Numbered from the stretch's first letter, positions 48,509 to 57,937 are shown. The stretch: 64,000 bases of DNA from Candidatus Poribacteria bacterium (GCA_965116925.1 OZ220744.1:416001-480000), one strand, 5' to 3'. Numbers and translations are program-made. Notes: generated from the letters alone by a model not told the origin.

Positions 48509-48922
48509 ATGAGCAGTGAAAACAGAGTTGAAGAACGATTATCCGCGGTCGAAGACCGGTTGAATCGCTTAGAAGATCTACTAGTTGGTATCAGTCAGAA
48601 ACTGGATCAGAAACCTCAACCGACGGCAATTGATGAGGAGAAAGGGGAAGCACTCAAAGGTTGGGTGACCGATTACGTGTCCATGCGCTTGCAGCAACTC
48701 GTACCAGAGACGTGCGACCATCCCGCCGAAGCGAAAGCGGGAGAAGGTCCCTTTTTGGGTAACACCTCAATCCGTTGCACGGAGGAAGTCGTTCACCGTG
48801 TCAAGCGAATCCCCATCCCATTTGTTCGAGAGATGGTTATTCAGCGCGTTGCTGACAATGCCCGGCGTACGAATGTAGATGTGGTCGAAATTGATTTCTT
48901 TGAAAAAGCAGCAACCTTTTGA
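48509..48922 (+). CDS. Coiled-coil + PCP_red-like domain protein
   Basis: N-terminal heptad RL..VE.RL..LE; C-terminal TEEVVHRVKRIPIPFVREMV..RV...AR; GAGGAG RBS. Confidence 0.65.
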   Translation: MSSENRVEERLSAVEDRLNRLEDLLVGISQKLDQKPQPTAIDEEKGEALKGWVTDYVSMRLQQLVPETCDHPAEAKAGEGPFLGNTSIRCTEEVVHRVKRIPIPFVREMVIQRVADNARRTNVDVVEIDFFEKAATF

Positions 48923-49009
48923 CAATGCGAAGCAACGGAGGAGTTTCCTCTGCCACACTTCCACTGGGAGGATTTTTTAACATCCCCTCTTTGAGATGAT
49001 GCCGATCTT

Positions 49010-49504
49010 ATGTCAACATATCCACTCGATGAAAATCAACGGGAAGCCTATCAAGCCTTAGCCGCTCACATTGATTACGGAACTGAGCACGGGACAATCT
49101 GCCTCGTCGGGGAGTTTCAGTCCGGCAAAACAAACTTGGTTAAGCATTTACTCAATGAAAAATTTGGCAGCTCTACAGGTTATTACGTAAACCTGAATCT
49201 GTATCTGCTCGATGAATTAGACAAGCAGCGGGCATCAATCGCTTACACCGGCGCGAAAGCAAAGATACACCTCCTGATACAGATTGCTATTGAAGACCTA
49301 CTAGACAGGCATTTCCAAATACACAAATTCCTCGTCCTTGATGCTATCGAAATGATATACTCCTACGAACTCAATCTTGTTGCCATTACCGATCGCTTTG
49401 CCCGCGATGGCAAGTGCTGCATCATCTGCGTCCCTGAAAGCAAAAAGCATAATTACTACTTCGACTTTAGCTGGGAACTTGCAGAGGCGATCCGAATCAA
49501 CTGA
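49010..49504 (+). CDS. Small P-loop protein, BrxF-like
   Basis: LVGEFQSGKT, YVNLNL.L, LVLD.IE..Y; 164 aa, consistent with the BREX-3 BrxF family as recalled. Confidence 0.5.
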   Translation: MSTYPLDENQREAYQALAAHIDYGTEHGTICLVGEFQSGKTNLVKHLLNEKFGSSTGYYVNLNLYLLDELDKQRASIAYTGAKAKIHLLIQIAIEDLLDRHFQIHKFLVLDAIEMIYSYELNLVAITDRFARDGKCCIICVPESKKHNYYFDFSWELAEAIRIN

Positions 49505-49602
49505 AAATGGAATTGGGACTGTTTATGATGCTGCTGTGAGGCACCGGTAGAACCGCTCCTGTCCATCGCCCCAGTCTTTTTGCCTATTTGTAGGTTTATT
49601 TG

Positions 49603-49806
49603 TAGGGTTATTTAGTTTTCCATTTTTTGACCGTTCGGGCTGACCCAAACCCGTAGGCGAGGCATCTGGTCTCCCCACCGTTTGTAGTAGCGCAATTCAT
49701 TGCGCGTTCTTACGCCAACTGTCGATAGCATCTTTTATCTTTGTAATCGGTTAATCCGCGTCTATCCATAATTCAGACAATAATAGGGGAGAATTAAATG
49801 ACCCTA
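49603..49806 (+). mobile_element. ~205-bp MITE, copy 1
   Basis: Termini TAGGGTTATTTAG / TTAAATGACCCTA; end-to-end near-copy of 55797-56002. Confidence 0.8.
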
Positions 49807-50033
49807 TTTATTTGACTTTGGTGTTGACTGAAATTGCGAAATGTGATATAGTTATTTAGCAATGTTATAATTGATAACCTTCCTTGATATTGAGGTGGCT
49901 TGATACAGAGAGCAACGCGAGGACGACCTAAGTAAACTCCAAGAATTGGAGATAAGCTGTAAGCGATCGGATGCTCGTGAATGCTAACATCAAGCCTACA
50001 TAGCCCACCTATACCACCAGATTGGAAAGATTC

Positions 50034-50546
50034 ATGAGTAAGCAAGCTGAAATCGCCAACGACCGAGCCATTGAATATTGGAAACAGAATCGCTTTGACG
50101 AGGCAATTGCTCAATGGGAAGAAATCGTTCGTAAAGATTTGAATCTTGCGGAGATACACTATAACCTTGGAAATGCTTACATGCACCAAGGCAAAATTGA
50201 GAGTGCGATCGACGCATTTAAGCGAGCGCTATCTATCGATCCTACCCTGCCTGAAGCGTACAACAAGTTAGGGATTATCTGTTACAAGCAGGGCAATGCA
50301 GGACTGGCCTTCGCCTGTTGGAAGCAGGCATTAATGATTAATCCGGACTTTGAAGAAGCACGTCGTAATATTGGATTAATCCAGAACGCTTCCCAGTTTG
50401 ATGTAGAAGACGAAATACCTACTTACCAACATGTAGCAGAGGGTGATGCAGCAGGTGATGCAAACGCTGGCATTAAGGATAGCGACGACCTACCCACATG
50501 GAAAAATAAAATCCGTCAGGGGTGGGGCGCATTCCGAAAAAAATGA
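50034..50546 (+). CDS. TPR repeat protein
   Basis: A..HYNLG.AY...G....AI..F.RAL.IDP..PEAY..LG repeats. Confidence 0.88.
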   Translation: MSKQAEIANDRAIEYWKQNRFDEAIAQWEEIVRKDLNLAEIHYNLGNAYMHQGKIESAIDAFKRALSIDPTLPEAYNKLGIICYKQGNAGLAFACWKQALMINPDFEEARRNIGLIQNASQFDVEDEIPTYQHVAEGDAAGDANAGIKDSDDLPTWKNKIRQGWGAFRKK

Positions 50547-50671
50547 AGCAGCTTCCATGATAAGAGAATAATCGAAACAAAATCTGCTGATTTGGATCGA
50601 TTGTTTAAGAGCAGCAGGAGCTTCTCAGCTAGTTTTCTGCTTTACCCTGCATTGATTTTGTCTAGCCCAAT

Positions 50672-50706
50672 AAAAAAAGCCCTCAATTACTTGAGAGCCT
50701 TTTTTT
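50672..50706 (-). terminator. Rho-independent terminator of the csp gene (possibly bidirectional)
   Basis: Minus strand reads GGCTCTCAA-GTAA-TTGAGGGC followed by a T7 tract; lies between convergent genes. Confidence 0.7.
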
Positions 50707-50738
50707 CCCCGGTTTTATTTTTGTGAACTTTATCTAAT

Positions 50739-50939
50739 TTAGATTTTTCTAACTTCTTCGGCTTGAAGTCCCTTCTCCCCTTCCACAACGTTGAACTCGA
50801 CCTCTTGTCCCTCATCAAGGGTTTTAAAGCCGGTTCCTTCAACGTTGGAATAATGGACGAAGACATCTTGTCCTTCATCAGTTACAATGAATCCGTAACC
50901 TTTCTGATCACTGAACCATTTCACGCGACCTGTTGCCAT
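50739..50939 (-). CDS. Cold-shock protein (CspA family)
   Basis: G.VKWF...KGYGFI, DVFVHYS, GFKTL.EGQ; AGGAGG RBS. Confidence 0.96.
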   Translation of the reverse strand: MATGRVKWFSDQKGYGFIVTDEGQDVFVHYSNVEGTGFKTLDEGQEVEFNVVEGEKGLQAEEVRKI

Positions 50940-51089
50940 CGGTGTGTACCTCCTTTCCTAAAGATTCAGAACTGCAAATGAAAATCAAGTTTTAGCGCTA
51001 AGAGGTACAAAATATAGCATAGGGCCGGGGAAATGCTTCCATTTGAACCTAACACCACTTCTTTAATCCATTGTACAGTTACGCCTAAA

Positions 51090-51118
51090 ATTATACTTTA
51101 TCTAAAAAAAGAATGCAA
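51090..51118 (-). promoter_or_regulatory. sigma70 promoter of the csp gene
   Basis: TTGCAT-17 bp-TATAAT on the minus strand, implying a ~145-nt 5' UTR. Confidence 0.65.
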
Positions 51119-51230
51119 GGAAGAATTCTAGTGAAAAATTGTCTGACAGTGAATTTCATCCTGAATTTACATGACACGAATAGTTTCTGCTTCTTTTTTC
51201 GTTGAAGCCCCCTATCAGATTTAGTCGTCC

Positions 51231-51992
51231 CTAATGTTGTAGTGTTTGGGAGATAAAAAGCTGGGTACGTTCATTCTGTGGATTATCGAAGAAAATCGCC
51301 GGTGCCGCTTCTTCCACAATTGCTCCTTCATCAATAAAAATTATCCGATCTGCCACCTCACGCGCAAACCCCATTTCATGTGTGACAACCAACATTGTCA
51401 TACCAGACGCAGCTAACTCGCGCATTACATCCAATACTTCGTTTATCATTTCAGGGTCAAGAGCACTTGTCGGTTCGTCGAATAGCATAATTTTAGGCTG
51501 CATCGCCAGAGCCCGTGCAATTGCCACACGCTGCTGTTGCCCGCCTGAAATCTGTGCCGGAAATTTGTGAGCATGTTCTTCGATACCTACCCGCTCTAAT
51601 AACGCTAAAGCCGCCGACTCCGCCTCGCTTTTTGCTGTCTTCTTCACCCAAATGGGGCTTAACGTTACATTCTGCAAGACGGTCAGGTGGGGAAACAGGT
51701 TAAACTGTTGGAAAACCATGCCGACTTCTTGGCGGATGCGGTCTATATTACGAAGGTCGTCGCTGAGCTCAATACCATCAACGATGATGCGACCCCTTTG
51801 GTGCACCTCCAAACGGTTTATAGTACGGATGAATGTAGACTTACCCGACCCTGAAGGCCCGCATATCACAACCTTCTCCCCTTTTTGGAACGTGGTGGTG
51901 ATCCCCTTCAGTACGTGGAAATCGTCGAACCATTTATGGACATCCTCACAGATAATAATCGAATCATCTGCGGTATTTTCAAGATCAGCCAC
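51231..51992 (-). CDS. aapP: Polar amino acid ABC transporter ATPase (AapP/BztD)
   Basis: [46 protein letters not shown]. Confidence 0.9.
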   Translation of the reverse strand: MADLENTADDSIIICEDVHKWFDDFHVLKGITTTFQKGEKVVICGPSGSGKSTFIRTINRLEVHQRGRIIVDGIELSDDLRNIDRIRQEVGMVFQQFNLFPHLTVLQNVTLSPIWVKKTAKSEAESAALALLERVGIEEHAHKFPAQISGGQQQRVAIARALAMQPKIMLFDEPTSALDPEMINEVLDVMRELAASGMTMLVVTHEMGFAREVADRIIFIDEGAIVEEAAPAIFFDNPQNERTQLFISQTLQH

Positions 51993-52036
51993 TTCTTTAT
52001 ATCTCCCTTCCTAGTATGTGCAAGGCAATTTCATTT

Positions 52037-53227
52037 CTACCCGAATCCGAGTTCCTCCTCAATTTCCTGGCTGACATAAGACATCAAGTAACTAAAAACA
52101 AAATAGACAACTGCTGCGAACAAATATACCTCCGCTTGCAGTCCCAACCAATCAGGGTTTGCAATGACCGCTTTGGCGATGCCCAGTAGATCTAGCAGCC
52201 CAATTACAGTAACCAGCGATGTATCCTTAAAGAGGCTGATGAACTGTCCAACAATTGCTGGAATAACCGAGCGAAGTGCCTGTGGTAAAATGATAAGTAA
52301 CGTCGTAAGCGGATAATTGAGCCCTAGCGCATGGGCAGCTTCATACTGTCCTTTTGGGATCGCTTGCAGCCCGCCCCGGACGTTTTCTGCCATGTAAGCC
52401 GCAGAAAAAAGTGTGATACCGACCATCGCCCGTAGGATTTTGTCAATGCGAAAATCAGGCAAGAAAATCGGGACCATAATCTGTGCCATGAACAGAATTG
52501 TTACCAAAGGCACACCGCGTACTGTCTCAATGTACGCTGTCGAAACCCATTTAATCGCAGGGAGACTGCTCCGCCGTCCGAGAGCTAAAAGAACGCCTAG
52601 CGGAAATGAGACAACGATGCCCACCGCTGCTAGAATCAGCGTTAGGAGAAGCCCACCCCAATTGCTTGTAAAAACAGTGGGCAAGCCTGCGAATCCGTGG
52701 AGCCATACCATCGTCCAAGGAAACGATAGCAACCAACCACCTATAACCCATCGACGTAACCCCTTTCTACCACGTCCCAAAAAAAGAGATGCTGCCAGCA
52801 ACGCCACCCCGCCTAACAAACCGAACCTATTCGAGAGGGTAGCGGGGAAAAGGGCTATAATAATCCCGATTCCTCCTCCTACACCTCCGATGACAAGGGT
52901 AAGCCGGAGGGCTAAACCGCCCCAAATTCCAGCACTCAACCCCAATAGGAGCCCCAAAGTATAAATCACAACCCATACACGCCATACCTCTGCTCTTGGA
53001 TAAGCACCAACTAGAAAAATTTGCAGATTAGCGGGGATAACCGCCCAATTTGCCTCAGTGAACGCCCAAGCTAAAATTCCCTTAAAGACAACGCATAAAA
53101 AAACAAAGGCTATAAGGGTGAAGAGTGCGTTATACCAAGTATTAAAAAGATTCTCCTTCAGCCACAGCAATATATTCTTCGATTCAGTCGGTGGTTTAAT
53201 TACTGGGATCGGTGCTTGCTCTTCCAC
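52037..53227 (-). CDS. aapM: Amino acid ABC transporter permease (AapM/BztC)
   Basis: WGGL.LT, LALGRRS, RGVPL, AENVRGGLQA, FKDTSLV. Confidence 0.9.
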   Translation of the reverse strand: MEEQAPIPVIKPPTESKNILLWLKENLFNTWYNALFTLIAFVFLCVVFKGILAWAFTEANWAVIPANLQIFLVGAYPRAEVWRVWVVIYTLGLLLGLSAGIWGGLALRLTLVIGGVGGGIGIIIALFPATLSNRFGLLGGVALLAASLFLGRGRKGLRRWVIGGWLLSFPWTMVWLHGFAGLPTVFTSNWGGLLLTLILAAVGIVVSFPLGVLLALGRRSSLPAIKWVSTAYIETVRGVPLVTILFMAQIMVPIFLPDFRIDKILRAMVGITLFSAAYMAENVRGGLQAIPKGQYEAAHALGLNYPLTTLLIILPQALRSVIPAIVGQFISLFKDTSLVTVIGLLDLLGIAKAVIANPDWLGLQAEVYLFAAVVYFVFSYLMSYVSQEIEEELGFG

Positions 53228-53242
53228 GCGATTTTTTTCCTC

Positions 53243-54427
53243 TCATCGTCCGATGCGGTTAATCCTGCGGTTGTACCAATTCATGTACGCCGATGTGGTC
53301 AAACTGATAATCAGATAACTCACCATAATCATCCCAAAAATCGGGATGGATTGTCCGGTTTGATTCATCATTGTATTACCGACGTTAAATAGATCTGGAA
53401 AGCCTATTGCAACAGCGAGACTGGAATTTTTAGTGAGGTTCAAATACTGACTAGTAAGTGGGGGCGCGATCACGCGCAAAGCTTGGGGCAGGATAACCAA
53501 CCTCAAGGACTGAAATTCACTGAGGCCTATCGCTTTAGCAGCCTCCCGTTGGCCCTGCGCCACGGACTGTATCCCACTTCTTACTACTTCAGCGATGAAA
53601 GCCCCAGTATAAATAACAAGTCCAATTAAAAGTGCCGAAAATTCAGGCGAAAGGTATATTCCACCAGCGAAGTTAAATCCCTTCAAAGCCGGTAGTTCCC
53701 AAGTAAATGGTCTACCCGGCGTCAGAAACCATCCCACAAAAGCGACCAACAGGAACGCCGGCAGTGCCCACTTGGCAGCAAAGCCGGGCTGTTCCATCTG
53801 TCGAAGCTTCCTCAACCGCACGAGATAGAGAACCAGTGCCAAAATAAGTCCCCCAGCGAGGTAGCCGAGCCAAGTATTTAAACTCGATGTGGGTTGAGGT
53901 TCAGGAAGATATACCCCCCGTTGGTTGATGAATACGCTTCCAAAGAATGCGAAGCTCCTCCGGACCGAAGGGAGTTGGAGGATTACCGCGGTATACCAAA
54001 ATAGAATCTGCAGCAGGAGGGGGATATTGCGAAAACATTCGACGTAAATCGCTGCTATATTTCTGACCAACCAATTACTTGAGAGCCGAGCGATACCGAC
54101 GACAAGCCCCAAGATTGTCGCGCACACAATTCCGATAATGCTGACCCTAATCGTGTTTACCACGCCTACCCAAAACGCTCTTAGATAGGTATCCGAAGGT
54201 TCATAAGCAATCCCTTCAGCGATCCCAAACCCTGCTTCATCATTAAGGAAATCGAGGTTCAAGGTCAAGCCAAGACCGCGGAGGCCCCTCAACATATTGC
54301 TGTAGAGAATGCCAGCTAACAGGAGGACTCCGACAAGGAAGATGACCTGAAACAGCACGCGCAGGACCCGAACATCCCGCCAGAAAGGGATGTTCTCTGA
54401 TACACTTTTAGGTGAGTTGTTTTCCAT
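53243..54427 (-). CDS. aapQ: Amino acid ABC transporter permease (AapQ/BztB)
   Basis: RLS.NW, FRNIPLLLQ, AEVVRSGI, YLNLTKNSSLA. Confidence 0.9.
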   Translation of the reverse strand: MENNSPKSVSENIPFWRDVRVLRVLFQVIFLVGVLLLAGILYSNMLRGLRGLGLTLNLDFLNDEAGFGIAEGIAYEPSDTYLRAFWVGVVNTIRVSIIGIVCATILGLVVGIARLSSNWLVRNIAAIYVECFRNIPLLLQILFWYTAVILQLPSVRRSFAFFGSVFINQRGVYLPEPQPTSSLNTWLGYLAGGLILALVLYLVRLRKLRQMEQPGFAAKWALPAFLLVAFVGWFLTPGRPFTWELPALKGFNFAGGIYLSPEFSALLIGLVIYTGAFIAEVVRSGIQSVAQGQREAAKAIGLSEFQSLRLVILPQALRVIAPPLTSQYLNLTKNSSLAVAIGFPDLFNVGNTMMNQTGQSIPIFGMIMVSYLIISLTTSAYMNWYNRRINRIGR

Positions 54428-54643
54428 GTTGTTGTGCGGTTTGAATGGTTGCACTAGTACTCTGTCAAATAAATAGTGATAAGCCACTCACCGCTCGGCT
54501 TGGCTATGGCTATCCAAGCCGCTTTGTGGGGGAAGTATCTAAAGAAGGCTTTTGTACCACAATCTGTTAGATTGTGATCCGAGCCCGCAAACTAACAGTT
54601 TGCGCTACATTTATCTGACAATGCACTAAGTTTATGAGACTCT

Positions 54644-55660
54644 TTAACGGAACGGCATCGCGTACAACAGCCCCCCTTGCGTCCAAGGCTTGTTGACGCC
54701 GCGTGGCAGACCAATAGGCGTGAGGTTGCGTTCAAAAATCTCACCATAATTGCCAACGGCAGCGATAACCTGACGCGCCCAATCTTGCGACAGACCAAGT
54801 TTACCTCCCATATCGCCTGTCTCGCCCAAGAAACGTCCAATCTCTGGGTTTTTGGATTCATAAGTGCTGACATTCGATTGAGTGATCCCATGCTCCTCGG
54901 CGAAGAACGTGGCATAAACAACCCAGCTTACGACATCGTTCCATCTGTTGTCTCCGTGGATAGTAACGGGTCCCAACGGTTCCTTCGAGATAGTCACATC
55001 AAGGATAGTGTGCTCCTCTGGATCCTTCAATACGTTACGACGGGCGGCTAGCTGCGATTTATCACTGGTAACGACATCACAACGTTCCTGCTCATAGCTG
55101 TTGTAAAGAGTATCAATCTCCTCAAAAACCACCGGCTTAAAATCTACTCCTAAAGCCCGCATTGTATCCGCGAGGTTTAGCTCAGTTGTGCTGCCAGCGG
55201 TGACGCAAATACTCGCCCCAGCCAAATCCTCTAAAGAGGTGATGCCGTGTTTTTTACGCAGCATGAATCCTTGCCCGTCGTAAAAGGTAGGCGGAGCGAA
55301 GTCTGCCCCTACTTGGGTGTCGCGGGTAAGCGTCCAAGTAGTGTTTCGGATCAAGACATCTATCTCCCCTGTCTGAAGGGCTGGAAAACGTTCCGGTGCC
55401 TTTAACGGCACGAATTCAACCTTATCTGGATCGCCGAGAATAGCTGCAGCAATTGCCCGACAATAATCCACATCGAAGCCACCCCATGTGCCATCTTGGC
55501 TGAGAAAACTAAAACCGGGCAACCCACCGTACACCCCACACACGAGCCTCCCTCTATTCTTTACTTTGTCTAAGACACTTTCCTGTCCGCTCGCTACTGG
55601 CGGGCCTACTAGTGAAATGGCTAGAACAAATACGAAAATGCTAATCCAAAACCTACACAT
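54644..55660 (-). CDS. aapJ: Amino acid ABC transporter substrate-binding protein (AapJ/BztA)
   Basis: L.CGV, G.DVD.CRA.AAA, RNTTWT..RD, ISKEPLGP, VGNYGEIFERN. Confidence 0.92.
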   Translation of the reverse strand: MCRFWISIFVFVLAISLVGPPVASGQESVLDKVKNRGRLVCGVYGGLPGFSFLSQDGTWGGFDVDYCRAIAAAILGDPDKVEFVPLKAPERFPALQTGEIDVLIRNTTWTLTRDTQVGADFAPPTFYDGQGFMLRKKHGITSLEDLAGASICVTAGSTTELNLADTMRALGVDFKPVVFEEIDTLYNSYEQERCDVVTSDKSQLAARRNVLKDPEEHTILDVTISKEPLGPVTIHGDNRWNDVVSWVVYATFFAEEHGITQSNVSTYESKNPEIGRFLGETGDMGGKLGLSQDWARQVIAAVGNYGEIFERNLTPIGLPRGVNKPWTQGGLLYAMPFR

Positions 55661-55796
55661 AAAATTCTCCTTTTTATTTTGGAATGAGGACCTGAAAATC
55701 CTTACCATCAGAAACTTGGAAAGCCTGAAATCGCTTATCTTCAACAAAAATTGTAGCACAATTGCAAATTGCTGTCAATCAATCTGCTACCAAAGG

Positions 55797-56002
55797 TAGG
55801 GTCATTTAGTTTTCCATTTTTTGACCGATTTCGGGGTGACACGAATCCGCAGGCGGCGCAGCCGGTCTCCCCACCGTTTGTAGTAGCGCAATTCATTGCG
55901 CGTTCTTGTGCCAACTGTCGATAGCATCTTTTATCCGTGTAATCTGTTAATCCGCGTCTATCCGTGATTCAGACAATAATATGGCAGAATTAAATGACCC
56001 TA
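55797..56002 (+). mobile_element. ~205-bp MITE, copy 2
   Basis: Perfect 12-bp terminal inverted repeat TAGGGTCATTTA / TAAATGACCCTA; near-copy of 49603-49806. Confidence 0.8.
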
Positions 56003-56019
56003 ATGCGATTGCCCTATAA

Positions 56020-56048
56020 TTGACACTACATCAAATTTTTGGTAAAAT
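56020..56048 (+). promoter_or_regulatory. sigma70 promoter of the VOC-aminotransferase pair
   Basis: TTGACA-17 bp-TAAAAT with extended TG. Confidence 0.6.
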
Positions 56049-56105
56049 GTTCGGAGGTAGTGAATATATCAGTTACGCAATGACGTGTAACCTTGAGGAG
56101 GAAGC

Positions 56106-56567
56106 ATGAAAGTCACCGGCGCACATCACACTAGTTACACCGTTTCTAATCTTGAACGCTCGCTTGAATTCTATGTCGGATTGTTGGGCTGCGAGGTGAT
56201 TTGGCAGCGCGAAAACCGCGACCAATACTTCCGCGATATTGTAGGCTATCCTGATAGCGTCGCGAAGATGGCAATGTTGAGTATTCCCGGTTCAACTCAT
56301 GCCATCGAGCTAATTGAGTACGTCGTCCCGCGCGGTGTTTCTGCCGATGTTCGCACCAAAAATGTGGGCAGTTCACACATCGCATTTCTGGTTGATGACT
56401 TGCGGGCAGCGTATGAAGAATTGTGCGCTGCAGATGTAAAGTTTCGTTCACCACCTGTTGCGATTACAGCGGGTGCGAATAAAGGTGCTTGGGCAATTTA
56501 TATGACAGATCCGGATGGAATCACAATGGAGTTTTTCCAGCCACCAAAAACAGAAGCGAAGTTATAA
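56106..56567 (+). CDS. VOC (glyoxalase/methylmalonyl-CoA epimerase-like) family protein
   Basis: HHTS.TV.NLERSL.FY..LLG, IELIEY, HIAF.V.D, Y..DPDG..ME. Confidence 0.88.
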   Translation: MKVTGAHHTSYTVSNLERSLEFYVGLLGCEVIWQRENRDQYFRDIVGYPDSVAKMAMLSIPGSTHAIELIEYVVPRGVSADVRTKNVGSSHIAFLVDDLRAAYEELCAADVKFRSPPVAITAGANKGAWAIYMTDPDGITMEFFQPPKTEAKL

Positions 56568-56596
56568 TAAAAGTCAGCAGCAAATAAGGGGGTAGT

Positions 56597-57937
56597 ATGG
56601 ACAAGCAAGCATTACAAAATTCGTTGGAGGGCTTAATCACGGAATATGTGGCTAACAATCCTCGGTCAGGGGAGATGTTTGAACGGGCAAAGGAATCGTT
56701 GCCGGGGGGTAACACCCGCACCGGGGCGTATATGTCTCCCTTTCCGATATATATAGAGCGTGGTGAAGGTGTCTATTTCTACGACTTAGATGGTCACCGC
56801 TTGTTGGATTTTGTCAACAACAACACAGCTTTGATTCTGGGGCACGCTCACCCTGCGATTATCGAAGCACTTCAGGACCGGGTGGCAAAAGGAACGGCGT
56901 TTTCTCGACCGACAGCCCTTGAGGTCGAAATGGCGGAACTGTTGCGGGAGCGTGTGCCCTCCTTGGAACGAATTCGCTTCTGTAGCTCTGGAACGGAGGC
57001 GGTGTTGAACGCATTGAGAGTCGCTAGGGCTTTCACTGGTAAACGCAAAATTGCCAGATTTGAAGGGGCATATCACGGTGTGGGTGAATACGCGCTCGTT
57101 AGTTACGTTCCGCCATTGGGACCAGAGTTGGGACCTGCCGATCGCCCACGATCAGTTTCTTCGACAGCAGGCCTCTCACCAGCAGTTCTTGAAGAGGTGC
57201 TGGTATTGCCGTTCAACGACGCAGATGCTTGTGCAGAAATCATTAACGAAAATGCTGATGATCTGGCAGCGGTAATTGTAGACCCGTTGGCAACAGGAGC
57301 GGGCACCTGTGTCCCGGTAGACGGTTTTCTGACTCGTCTGAGAGAGCTGACAACGCAGATAAATGCGCTGCTAGTTTTTGATGAAATTATCAGCTTCAGG
57401 GCTTCCCCCGGTGGGGCACAGGAGCTTTACGGCGTGAGACCTGATTTGACGTGCATGGCAAAAGTCATTGCAGGCGGCACGGCGGGGGCTGCCTTCGGCG
57501 GACGCGCCGATGTGATGGAACTGTACAGTCCTATATCGGGAGCGAAGATTCCGCAGTCGGGAACCTACAACGCAAATCCTATCGCTACGGTCGCTGGACT
57601 TGTCACACTCCAAACGATGACGGCGGAGGCATACGACAAAATCGGTGCGTTGACGCAACAGTTGGGAGCAGAATTAGAAAGTGTGTTTGCTGAGGTAGAG
57701 GTCGAAGCCCAAGTCACCGCAGTTGGCTCGCTTTTCCGTGTCCACTTTCTACCTCGCCCCCCACGGAACTATCGAGAAGCTGCACAAGACGACAAGCTAT
57801 TACAGGATTATCTCTTTTTCTGGCTCTTGAACCACGGGATTCATTGGACAAGCGGTGGAAATGTGTCGCTTCCGATGACGGGGGAACATATTGACAGATT
57901 GGTATCCGAAGTTCGGGCTGCGTTTCAACAGTTCTAA
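56597..57937 (+). CDS. Class III PLP aminotransferase, glutamate-1-semialdehyde aminomutase-like
   Basis: LPGGNTR, SGTEA, FEGAYHG, FDE, PDL...AKVI.GG, SGTYN.NP. Confidence 0.85.
   Translation: MDKQALQNSLEGLITEYVANNPRSGEMFERAKESLPGGNTRTGAYMSPFPIYIERGEGVYFYDLDGHRLLDFVNNNTALILGHAHPAIIEALQDRVAKGTAFSRPTALEVEMAELLRERVPSLERIRFCSSGTEAVLNALRVARAFTGKRKIARFEGAYHGVGEYALVSYVPPLGPELGPADRPRSVSSTAGLSPAVLEEVLVLPFNDADACAEIINENADDLAAVIVDPLATGAGTCVPVDGFLTRLRELTTQINALLVFDEIISFRASPGGAQELYGVRPDLTCMAKVIAGGTAGAAFGGRADVMELYSPISGAKIPQSGTYNANPIATVAGLVTLQTMTAEAYDKIGALTQQLGAELESVFAEVEVEAQVTAVGSLFRVHFLPRPPRNYREAAQDDKLLQDYLFFWLLNHGIHWTSGGNVSLPMTGEHIDRLVSEVRAAFQQF

Noticed and set aside
39897..48922. PCP_red domains as evidence for (bacterio)chlorophyll synthesis
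   Set aside because: No BchN/BchB catalytic domains or BchL; only the small C-terminal module is present.
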